Assembly (NCBI GenBank): GCA_973851085.1
Contig: OZ316776.1
Location: 6,820,001 to 6,884,000 of the forward strand
From: Ptychomitrium polyphyllum
Lineage: Eukaryota
DNA: 64,000 nucleotides
Direction: 5' to 3'
This document shows positions 53,301-64,000 of the stretch, one piece after another. Position 1 is the stretch's first letter; every line of letters begins with the position of its first letter. The position numbers and the translations under genes were made by a program. The notes under the pieces are model-generated. The model was not told where the DNA came from. It saw nothing but the letters and a program-made list of their open reading frames with translations, and did not search any database.

Positions 53301-55231
53301 GTGATACCTCACTGTAGCAAAACGCCTGTAACGTAGGATATATGAATCAGGAAATTTCAGGGAATTGGTAAAATCAAGCTTGCCTTTCAAGACTGCTTCC
53401 TGGGTGTCCAAGGAGCAAAACAGAGCTCCTGGAGTGCCCTTCTCAAGTGTTGTCCAATCAGCATGCCAGTGAACATGAAAAAAGTTGCAATTAATTGTCT
53501 GCCCGCTAAAGGACTACAGAGTGGCTATAGCTATTGGTGTACCATTACCAGGAACAGTTGCAGTCTGCCCCACATGGTTCTGCCAGTTTGCTTATTCACA
53601 ATTGGTGACACAACCTGAAATCTACACATATTCTCTCTGTAAAGTAAGGAAGAGAGCAAATTATTTTAAAGTTCATGACTTTCAAGTCTGCTTTAAAGTT
53701 CCAAACCTTTCTAAAGCTGAACTTCAAATTTTCATGTGACAAACACTTTGAATTGAATTAGAAACATTAGCATTTGAAGGTTCACCTCCAACCCTGTGTC
53801 CAGAACATAAGCTCAGCTGTACATGGAAATGAACCACAGGAAATTTGATTCATCACTGGCAAGCTGCATTTCCTAAAAACATATGCAGTATGAAGAGGAG
53901 CTTGGCATTGGTCAAATTCAACATCTGAAACTTGAAGGGTCTCATAACTGTCATCGAAGGACTGCAATCATGCTCCTGACCAATAAATTCACTGAGAAGG
54001 TTTGTCCAACATTGTCCTTGAAGGGAGTGGTCTTAGCTACATGTTGCCTAATGATACTCATCAAGGATTTTCTTAATTTAAATAAATATCATGCATAATA
54101 TCAAGTGTACAATACACATTGTACTTGAGACCTTTGAAAAAATGAAATCAGCACTTGATAGGTATGATGGAATTGGGTGATTATTAAGTGCAAGATAAAA
54201 ATCAGTGTTTAGTGTGCTGATATAACCTAAAAATTGAAAAGCATAACCTTCAATTGCTGGGACCCTGACAAGGATACTGGCTCATTCCAAAATCTTTCTG
54301 ATGGATATAACTTTGACGTGTTCAAGTCCAGGATACTGCTGATATAGAATAGATAAAGCTGACCAACTTGTGGTTGATGACACACATCTGCGCATGAATG
54401 GATTTAAGAGTTTCTGAATGGTATTGTGAAGCAGAACTATATCTTGCTTCAATCAGCACCCTGAAAATTAAATTCCAGGAAACAACGTACCTATGTGACT
54501 GCAATTCTTGTAGCTGCAAATGAGCACTCACTCTTCATCCTCAAGTAACATAAATACAACAAACAAAAGAAAAGGGAAAAGAAGGACAAAGTAGACTCTA
54601 GGCAGAACAGAGAAAAGGAACATCTACACATGTACCCATGCATTAAGCTGAACACAACACCCCTTCAGCTCGCTCAAGCATTTCAAGCTACCATATGCAG
54701 AGGTTACTTTTATCAAATCCCTGGAGTTACAGAACAAGCCGCTGAACAGATGAAGTTTGCTCAAAACTCCTGCAGTTCACATTGACAAAGGCTTCACAGA
54801 AATACTTCACCTAAATTCAAGTCAATCTAGTAACAAAGAATGAAAAAACCTTTAACAATCATAGTTCACTGTCTTTAAATGTCACCTGTATCACTATACA
54901 ACACTTTACTCCACAGCATACAACAGAAAATCAGCTTGCAGAACAAGAGATATCGTCACAGTTCAAGTATTGGGGGCTTCCCTGGCTTCTCTGTCATATG
55001 ACCCGTGATGTGCAATTAGAACCCTGTTTCAGCAAGAAACCCAAGCATTCCTATCACCCCAGCAGAATTCCAAGAATCCGATAGACTTCGAAGAAACCCA
55101 AACCCTACCTACATTAATCCAAGCCTCTTCTCTCAAGCTTCGGCTCACGTACAGAAGCACCTGCAACAACACAGTCTAGTATCGCATACCACCCTTATTT
55201 TGAGCAGACTGTATCACTGCATCCAAAACCA

Positions 55232-55260
55232 CTAAACCCTAAACCCTAAACCCTTAAACC
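55232..55260 (+). repeat. Short interstitial plant telomere-type repeat (CCCTAAA)n, ~4 units
   Basis: CTAAACCCTAAACCCTAAACCCTTAAACC. Confidence 0.85.
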
Positions 55261-58200
55261 TGAAATTCAACATTTGCTTCCTGTGTAAGCTGCAGATTGT
55301 ACAAATAAGTTTATTTCTTAACAAAAACACGTTTCAAGGGGTTTGATACAAACTTTCAACGGGAAAAGCTTAATTAGAGTTTAGAAGTTGCTCCTATCTT
55401 GCAGAAGATCACAGTGGCACACACATGCCATGGGTAGCTGAATTCCCTGGAAAAGGCTTCAAGTTCTATATTTGGAAAATTGCCAGCTAAATGTGAAATG
55501 ATCATAATCACAAAGCAAACAACTCCGGTAACTCGACGACCAAGAACCTGTTGGATATCTCCAACCCACTTTTCTTTTCTTCGTAGTCACTTCTACAAGT
55601 GGAAGCTCTATAAGAATAAATGGAAGGGACATCGAAGTGTGATCCAACAGGGTGTTGGCTGCAGCATTGAAAACAAATGTATCCAGTTTGTCATTTTCTA
55701 AAGTCAATCACAGTCTGGTTTCACTTTCTGCCGAAAAGATCCAGGATCATGATGCTTGATAATTTCTAGGTCCGGTAAGAGCCCATTGAATTCGCCATTG
55801 GCTAGCCAAACCAAAAGCAAGTTGTACCACCAATACAGTTCTGTCTACGTTGTTGTGAGCTTCATTTTGGAAGTAAGGATACTTTTAGCGAGGCTGATGC
55901 TCAAACTAGAGCTCTGAGTTCCATAATGCACACGATTTCATCTTGTCCGCCTGCCCTACAAGTTGTATCACTTGCAAGTTTCGACATCAACGCACATAAC
56001 TGAAGATTATTACACAGCAGTGGGGCAAACTGAACTGAGTTAGTAGCAAGCGGCGGATGGGAAAGGAAAGCTCCACAGCCATGGAAGGTTTAATGCGAAC
56101 GACAGTCATACAATCAGTGCACCGGTTGAACCAATAAATTCGTCTTCCTAATCAGACGCACTCCCTTTGTATGCAGAACTGTAATGTGTGCACAACCATG
56201 ATGTGTGTTAGAACATAATCTGGGACTTGCGTGTCGCGTGGAGGCACTGTCGGATTACCCAATGCATTTCGGGAACCAAAATTTGTACTCTCGTACGAGA
56301 CTCCTTTGATCTCTAATAGAAAACTTCTCTGTTCACGTTTGTTTGCCTTTGAACCATCAATCTCCTAGTAGTGCCAAGAGTAAAGGCTTCGGAGTACAAG
56401 ACCACTCACCCAGGGGGCTTGGAACATAACTTAGTCGTTAAACGTGGATTGAGTCAAGCTTTTCCTCGTGATAGTTTAGCAAAAAACCCGACCTCGTTGT
56501 CCTCTTAGATTAAAGTCGGGAAGCAGTGCTCATCATCGGAGGAATAAGGATGACTACTTATGAATTCACAATAAACCAATTGGTCCATCTGTAAAACACC
56601 CATGCGTCTTGAAACTCGTCTTGACGATGTCGTTGCCTGACTGTTATCAACGGACGGTTTTTGCAACTGCTGCGCGTTGTGCCGCTTTCCAATCGAGGAT
56701 CCATGAGCATGGCTTTTCAGATGAGGCGGTTTGCGATGCGGAATTTCACAGCATGTGTTGCAAAGTTTCCATCTAGACACCGGAAGAAAATTTGACAGGG
56801 CCGTCCAACCCCCTTCAATTGGGTTTCTCTCTGCTGGGCTACGGGCTCAGCTCCGGCTCGCCTGGATCGTTGTCCAGGCGGAGTGAAGGCAGATGGTGAT
56901 TGATGTGCTCTTTTATGGGGTCACGGTTGGCGTGTCAATCACACCTGTCGCCAGACACAGCTTTTGGGAGTCTGCGTAAACAGTACGCCCCACACTATTA
57001 CGTTGTAGCTTGATCCGGAAGCTCACGTTCTCAACTACCTCTCCGCACTGGACTTCGATCAGGTTTAGGGGCAGGGTTGGCAGCTCACGCTACTCATGTG
57101 AGTCGTGGTGATCCGCTGAGTCTGCAGGGTCAGTGCAGGGACGGTGCGCGTAAAAGAGGCACTGAGAGATTCAATGAATCTGCATTTCAAGGTTCAGGGA
57201 TCAGAGCACCTCATACCTTCCCAACATCATGCCTGTGACTGTGGAAGTTGACATTCTTGTCATGGGTCTGATACAAACTTCGACGATACCTCATGGCAGC
57301 CATGCAGCAGTGCAGCCATTGCAGCTCTAGAATCCGTTTAGACTGTTTGCTGGGAGCCGTTGGGTCACAATGCGACCTACCGTGTAGACCACAACAACAG
57401 TTTGGCAACATCTCATGCTGCTCTCTAGCCCAACCACAAAGTTAGCTTTGCATTTCAACGTGAAAGGTTGGGCCAAACTGAATGGGACACTGATAAATAC
57501 CGACTTGTATGCGCACCTATGGGATTCGTATATTCCCTTTCCTCTGAATCCCATAGTTGGATGAACAACCTGTTTGGATGAAATTAGGATCGTGTCCTGT
57601 TATTTCCGGATGTTTATCATTGACTAACTGAAGTTGTGGGGTATCTTGGTGCCCCTCAGTGCGCAGCTCATGAAAGCAGCTTTCTGTGGACAAGGTGTAG
57701 AATTGGAGCTGCTGCTAGACAGCTGCAGAGATATTTTCACAGTCACAGATCAAGGCAAACATTTGTTGGTAATGACAATGCACCACCTCTTATCCACTTC
57801 AAAGTCCTTCAACTTTACTTTGGTAAGAAGAGAGAAAATGGTGGAAATGCGAGAGAAAATAAAATGCCGCATCATAAGGTTTGTAAAATGGAAAGAGTTT
57901 TTTTTTCTTCTCTTCACTCTTCGTGTAACTTATGGTGAAGGGTAATCCAAACAACAGCTATCGTAAGTGGAACTTTGTAGACCTACTTTTGGTCATAGGT
58001 TATTATAAAATGGAATACAAAAAACTTACATATGTTTATTGTAGATCAGATGTTGCTTATTACTTGTTTAGGAAAGAAAGTGCATTACTTGCATTATGGC
58101 AATGAAATGAAAAAAACTATTGCTTCACAGAATGGTGTTTTAGATAATCATTGTGATTGAAGTTAATTTAGATTTCTTAGATTTTCTTTTTATAGGCTAT

Positions 58201-61133
58201 TCATAGAGAAGAAATTGAGCTGAAAGAAAAATTAAGTGGATTTGCCTTATTAGATAAATGTGTTGCATACTTTGATCATTCATAATTTAACAACAAATAA
58301 AGCTCAGCAATTGAAACTTCTTGGTAAAAGGCCATTGTCTCATACTATCCCATAATTTTGCAAATTACGAAATTATGACAACCTTAAATTAGTCATGTTG
58401 GTACAATCAAATGCATATTACATTCACCAACAAATATTATAGGAGCATTCTACAGCCATATAAGAAACTGATAGTTTCCAATTACAGTAAAGAGTAATTA
58501 CATGCAATATTAATAAGAGAAGCATAAAACGTGTAAGAATTACTTTTCAATGATTAATCTGAATTATTTTCTTGTTATTTTGAGAAATTTTCTTGTTTAT
58601 TTTTACTATTATTTCTTATTACAAAGTAAAATCAATGATGAATATAAAGGTCGATTGTATTCTTATGAATCAAGGATTTTGGAGATAGTTCCTCATTGAA
58701 ATAAGGCACGGATTTCATATACTAAACACTTATTTCAAACGTTAAAAATTGAACTTTTGATAAAGCAAAAAAAAAATTGAGATTCAATTGAAATGCATGT
58801 TGATTTTTTTAAATTGACAATAAGAAACTTTATAAATATCTGAACAACTGTTAAGATGTTCAAAGTCGAAGAAAGAGTCTTTGAGTTTATTGTTTAAATA
58901 TCATGGTCTCAAAAATAATTGCATCAAAAATCACAAGTGCTTAATATTACATGGAATTAAGCTCAATTTGAGAAGGTTTTAACCTCACAACCTGAAATAA
59001 TATTGGATACTCAAATTTGAAGCATGATGTTGTTGAATTTCTTAAATTTGTTGTGCCATTTTGAATTTCGTTATGCCAATGAACTAAAATTCAAGATCCA
59101 TAAGATTCTACATCCGACATAAACAAGTGCTTCTAACAAAAAGAAATTCTAAAAACAGCCATGAAACATTCAAAAGATTTTATAACATACCAATTGATTG
59201 TATGATATTTTAATAACATTTAGGTGTATTTGTGTGATATCACATATTGATACTACACATATACGTATGTGTTACCTAGGTAATGTTTGAATAAGTGGTA
59301 AAGAATTCACCATCTATGACAAGGGAATCTTGAATCCTACAATGTAGAATCTATAAGGTTTTGGTTTGGAGAATGCTTCTAGAAGCAGACTAGAACCAAT
59401 GCAAGGGATACTTGGTCCCAAATGACCCTAGACTACTTCTATAATGGCAAGTGGTACTCCAATCACCAACGAGTGATTGCGGTGGTTGGCAATTCAATTC
59501 CTCGCGCTCAAATATCCACCTTGCTTGATGGAATCCCAGCACGCACGGGGTAAAGCTACCCCTGTTCAAAAAGTAAATGTATAAAACCAAAAAAGTAAAC
59601 AAAATGCAAGGTGAAACAAGAGAAAAGCTACTTTTAAAGGTCACGAAAGCAACCGCTGTGGGGAACAAGAATGATTTTAGTTCGCTGGCTGCTGAGTTCC
59701 CATAAGAACTAGACCCGCAAGAGCTGGAAACTTGCTTGGAAGAATTGATGTTGCTGAGTCATGCAAGAGAAAACTGTTTGCCTTTCATGGACATGAAAAT
59801 GACGGAGGCAGGGGGTGCAGGAGGAAGGAAAAGCCTAAGGGAAGGACATGTGTTCAAGTTAGGAGGCTTTTGGCATCTCAGTGCAGGAGTTTGACTATTT
59901 GAGTACTAGAAAGTGCTGGAGAATTACTTCATGAGCTAGAATTTGAAGGAGGCTACTGAGGTTGAGGAACTCATGGCAGAGGGGATGACAACAGCTGTTC
60001 TGGACAAAGATTACAGCGAGGCCTTGCAGTGAAAGGTTCGGGAGCAAGTCTGTTCCTGAAGCTCGTTTTCTCAGGTGTAGCATCGCTGAAGACGGGCAGG
60101 GAGGTCTCTACAGCTGTGAACAACGTTGATGTGAGTGCGGGAAACGTTTGGAAGGTTAAGCGTGACCACGAAGAGCATGCTTTGCGACAACTTGAGGTCT
60201 CTGGAAACCAACCACCGGCATCATCCAATCGGCATCACCTATGGCCCAGCGTCCAGTTCGTGACAAGTTTGCTCGTCTGGCTACGATCCCAAACTTAGAG
60301 AACCGGAGATTCTAGATTGTTGGGGTCAGAACTCCGGGCCAATGACTGAAGTCCGCCGCGTGCTTGAACTCCGGGATGATTTCAAACCTGAAGTAACAGC
60401 CGCTCTTAAGCTGTAGGATTCATGCTCGTAGCACGTTATACAATTTTTTTCTCATACCTTTTGCGTGCAGTGCCAACCAACACTGCTCACTGGTGTGCAG
60501 CATTCCTCGAATTTTTATTTATATATGAGCATTGACGAGTACACTGCATATATTTTGCCTCTTTGAACTGACATAGTTTCTAAAAAACGCAGTTCTCATT
60601 CAGGATCTGAACCTGTATTATACATACATAATCTAATGATTTGAGTTGAAAGTAGATATTAAATGCACGATATTACTAATCGACTGAAGAATCGTCGAAA
60701 TATCCGTTTGAGCTGCAATCACACCAACTTGTTTTCAGTAAGCCTCTTGTCTACAGTAAGCGATCCTATCTTTGGTATCTTCAATCGTAATAAAGCTGTT
60801 GCCAAAATCCACTTACCTATCTGAGCACTTCTTACTTTCACACCAGTGATATTGTTTTGATAAATATTTGACACGATTTGCGTCAGGTGCGCACTTGAGA
60901 ACCTGGGTACTCAGTGATTATCTCTGTCTATTCTGCAGACCTGTCCCCAAATTGGCTCATCTTCAACGAACGCGGTGGCTTCCGTCCACCTCCACGACTC
61001 TTGCATTAAACCCAGGAATAAGCAAAGATGTCCTAGAAAAGACAATCACAACACGCTAATTTAATTGAGCAGACAGGCGAAAGTATAAACCCAAGAAGTG
61101 CGTTTCTGGAAACATCGAGACACCAAAAGAAGT

Positions 61134-62749
61134 CTATGTGAACCCAAGATTATGATACCCTTGTAGGATCACCTCTAATGAGAAGGATAAGGAAGACAGG
61201 GGACAGATAAAACAAGGATTTAGTGCACTTGCATTACTAGTGGTTGGCTTCATGGCAGGCGCCTTGGTGAGCTGGCTGTAGTTCCCCTTCTCCTTGAAGA
61301 GCTGAGAGTAGTGATGTTTGCAATACAATCTTCCTTCTAAAGACGCGTAGTTAGAGAGGCTGATGGTACAACTCCCATGCGCACACTTGAAGCAACTCTT
61401 GTGGTACGGTAGATCCTCCACAGTTGTCTGGCACCAAATCAATCAGCCCTGGATTAAGCGTCGAGCATTTGAACAACTTGAAATGAAAATTTCGGAAAGT
61501 TTGTACTAATCTTCACAAGAAGGGAAAAGGAACAGAGCAGGCAGGAGTATGAGCACCTTTTCAATGAGGTACACGGTTTTGCCACAAGCGACACACTTCT
61601 CTTGTGTCCCAGCGAACAATAGATTCGTCCCTTTGGAGGATGTCTTGTTCTCCAACATCCAAGGCCTAGAAATGTTAATACATGAATGCATGAAAACGAT
61701 AACTCGAACCAGTGCAAGAGAATTATCGCTGCCAGTTCACCAGAACCAATCAATGGCTACACTTCAAAGAATTCCTCATAAAAACAAGAACTAAATATTC
61801 TTCGAATAACCCATGCAGCATGTTAACAGAAACTACAGTTCCGGTCTTGGACTACTCAAGCATATCTGTCGAGAAGTACAGAAAGAGGCACACCTGGAAC
61901 CTCTCGGAGCTAGGCTGCCTGACCTTCAGAACACCTGCTCAATCATTAAAAAAATTACAGATTATGCATAACAGATTCAACTTCAAAGTACGCAGGATTA
62001 TTTCTTGCGATCGAACAAAAGAAAAGTCCCGCAAGTAGACACATGAAAACACATTCAGAAGAAAAATGAAGGTGCATGGTATACAGAGTACAAACCCTAG
62101 ACGCTAATCATGCAACATCAAACCAAAGAGTTCATGAGTCCAGTCGCCTTGCTCACCCTGCTGATCGAAGCTCTTCTCGAAGCTCCCCGTCATCTTAAAT
62201 AGCTGGTCGAAATGGGGTTTGCAGTAGAGTATTCCTTCCAATGACGCATAATTCCCTAACTGCGCAAAGCAAACCGACAAATCAGAATATGAAATAACGA
62301 TATACGTTGTCTCTTCGTGAAAATTATCAGCTATAGCTGAAGCATGCTGCGATTGATGCAATACCATTCAAGAGAGAACAGATATGACCTAACTGCATGG
62401 AAGTCGGATCAGCCTCGAGAAAGAATATACAAACCAGAAATCTCAGGCAGTATTCAAACAATACGAACTTTCTTACTGGAATCATGAGCTACAAACATAG
62501 CTGCCAGATCGTTTGCAAACGAATGTCGCCGTAGTCAGATACACACATACCAGCCATGATGTGTCCCAATATTCAACAAGAGCACCAAAACCAATTCATT
62601 CTACTCAATGAAACCTTGAGCGTCCCCTTGCAGTGGTTGCACCGGAAGCACGCCTTGTGGTACACGACGCTGTCCGCCCGCAGCTGGTCCACCAAGTACA
62701 CCGTCTTCTCGCACTTCCTGCATTTGGGCTGGATCACCGTGAGCGCCAT
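61134..62749 (-). CDS. Plant two-LIM-domain protein (WLIM/PLIM-like actin-bundling protein), 5 exons
   Basis: [60 protein letters not shown] and [44 protein letters not shown]. The exact 3' end is uncertain. Confidence 0.95.
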
Positions 62750-63911
62750 GATGAGCAAATCACTCACTCAATCCTCGCGATCTAACACCAAATTTGAAGA
62801 ACTCATCAACCGCGACCTCGACCTCGTAGCGTCGCCGACGCGCCCACCAGCCTAAGTCCTCCAAGCTCCCACATTACTCAACTCTCTGACCCTGCCGCAT
62901 CAGAGCGCCAAGCGGTGCCATCGCTCTGAGGGGTGGGAACCCACATCCCCTAAGCGTCGGTTTGCTGCCAAACTCTAACCTGGCGGCCCAATCACCAATA
63001 AGCTCCCGATAAACCGCTCTCACCGCACCACTAGATGAACTCCACAGCAGCAGCAATCGTGACACAAACAGAAACTCTGGGACAACTCATAATATTCTAA
63101 CCTTCCACCAAGAAAATCAAATCGGTAACACGCTACATGAAAATTTCAACTCCTGTGATGGAGTGAAAGTTGTTAGGATGCCGTCTCCTTGCTCATCAAT
63201 CCGATCATGAAAAGACAATGAACACGCACATGAGCTTCGGAATCCAGATGTGGGTAAAGGTCTAATTTTGATGGTCTATTACCTCGTGTAGGATCATCTC
63301 CGGGTTTTTTCCTCTCTGTGTTGATAGCATGAGTTTCGGAGGTGGAGGGAGTGAGGGTCACTTCATTGCCGCCTCAGCTTTGAACTGCTGGACTGGTAAG
63401 CTTTGTCCAGCTCAGTGGGAAGTACTATCTTGAGACAAGTCCGGAGGCATCTAAGTTAGCGGTAGCTTTATGAGGATCATCACGAGTGTTGTGTTAGAGG
63501 AGAGCATTTCGTTGGTGTGAGTTGGGGTTCTCTAAAACCGTGTCTTTGAGTTGGAGTTCGCTGGTGAGTTAGCCTCAGCCAGTGAGTGAATTGAGAGACA
63601 GGAAGAGTTTTGAATCTTTCGATTGATTTGCAGGAGGATATGAAGGCGGAGTGGGGCAGGAAGTGAGGCTGAGTTTCTGCCCGGGAGGATTTTGAGATCA
63701 GTGGGGAGATTCAAATGATTGTGGGTGATAGTTCCGCGGCTTGAAGTTTTAGGGTTTGTTGTTCCATTGATAGATAGGCGGTATTGTTAGAGATTGTTTG
63801 GGATTGTTGAGGATTGTATAGAGTTGAAGGGAGATGGTCATGGCTTCCGTGAAGTGGAGGAGGTTTAGTGGAACCGTTGTGGGAGTGATGAATTGCCATG
63901 GCCGGCAGGGG

Positions 63912-64000
63912 ATGGAGGCGATGAACGTGGGATGGCGAGCGCGCGCTCCTGCTCCTGCTCGTTCTCCTCTTGCTGTGTCGAGTTCTGGTGGCAGCGGTGC
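63912..64000 (+). CDS. Possible start of a gene divergent from the LIM gene (runs off the right edge)
   Basis: GC-rich open frame MEAMNVGWRARAPAPARSPLAVSSSGGSG (transit-peptide-like), preceded by plus-strand donor/acceptor-like motifs. Too short to identify. Confidence 0.3.
   Translation, partial: MEAMNVGWRARAPAPARSPLAVSSSGGSG

Larger units (their letters stand above)
50285..55260 (-). mobile_element. Putative decayed, CpG-depleted element or pseudogene with FCP1/SCP-like HAD motif remnants
   Basis: CG dinucleotides are very rare; there are splice-like signals on the minus strand and no long ORF. Fragments KVLFAMD (~52090), LGIWNS (~51850) and VLLIDDFP (~51520) occur in HAD motif order. Confidence 0.35.

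Noticed and set aside
56400..57950. Short ORFs and small hairpins suggesting a lncRNA or miRNA locus
   Set aside because: No conserved miRNA sequence, long fold-back or protein motif was recognised.
57960..59300. Possible hAT transposase remnants (VEERVF-like)
   Set aside because: Too short and degenerate; no TIRs found.
63898..63999. Signal-peptide-like frame (LLLLLVLLLLC) after ATG 63898, with an in-frame TGA suggesting readthrough or selenocysteine
   Set aside because: Land plants lack selenocysteine machinery, alternative open frames exist, and the window edge prevents assessment.

Overview
Eukaryotic, intron-rich plant genomic DNA. Gene structure, AT-rich spacers and the retroelement family look moss-like (Physcomitrium-type); this is an inference. 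From left to right: (1) the 5' two-thirds or more of a multi-exon TRRAP/Tra1 gene on the minus strand (ATG at 17904, running off the left edge). (2) An ~11 kb nest (20.3-31.7 kb) of Ty3/gypsy chromovirus (Tcn1/Tf1-like) LTR retrotransposons: one near full-length but decayed element (21377-27997), an inverted partial LTR, solo LTRs (one with a perfect CAATC target-site duplication) and older gag/protease/integrase remnants. (3) A DUF639-family gene (+). (4) A small intronless conserved plant gene (-). (5) A MIP1-leucine-zipper/DUF547-family gene that appears C-terminally truncated (-). (6) A ~5 kb CpG-depleted decayed element with FCP1/HAD-like motif remnants, bounded by an 11-bp tandem array and telomere-type repeats. 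(7) A two-LIM-domain gene (-). The most interesting signals are cis-elements of the retrotransposon: a tRNA-independent self-priming site plus a U3 hairpin that could mask the competing 3' copy; three tandem leader hairpins with MS2-operator-like geometry; perfect heat-shock elements in U3; a -1 gag-pol frameshift site; and an intact extra ORF between the chromodomain and the 3' LTR. All calls were made by eye; no database search was run.
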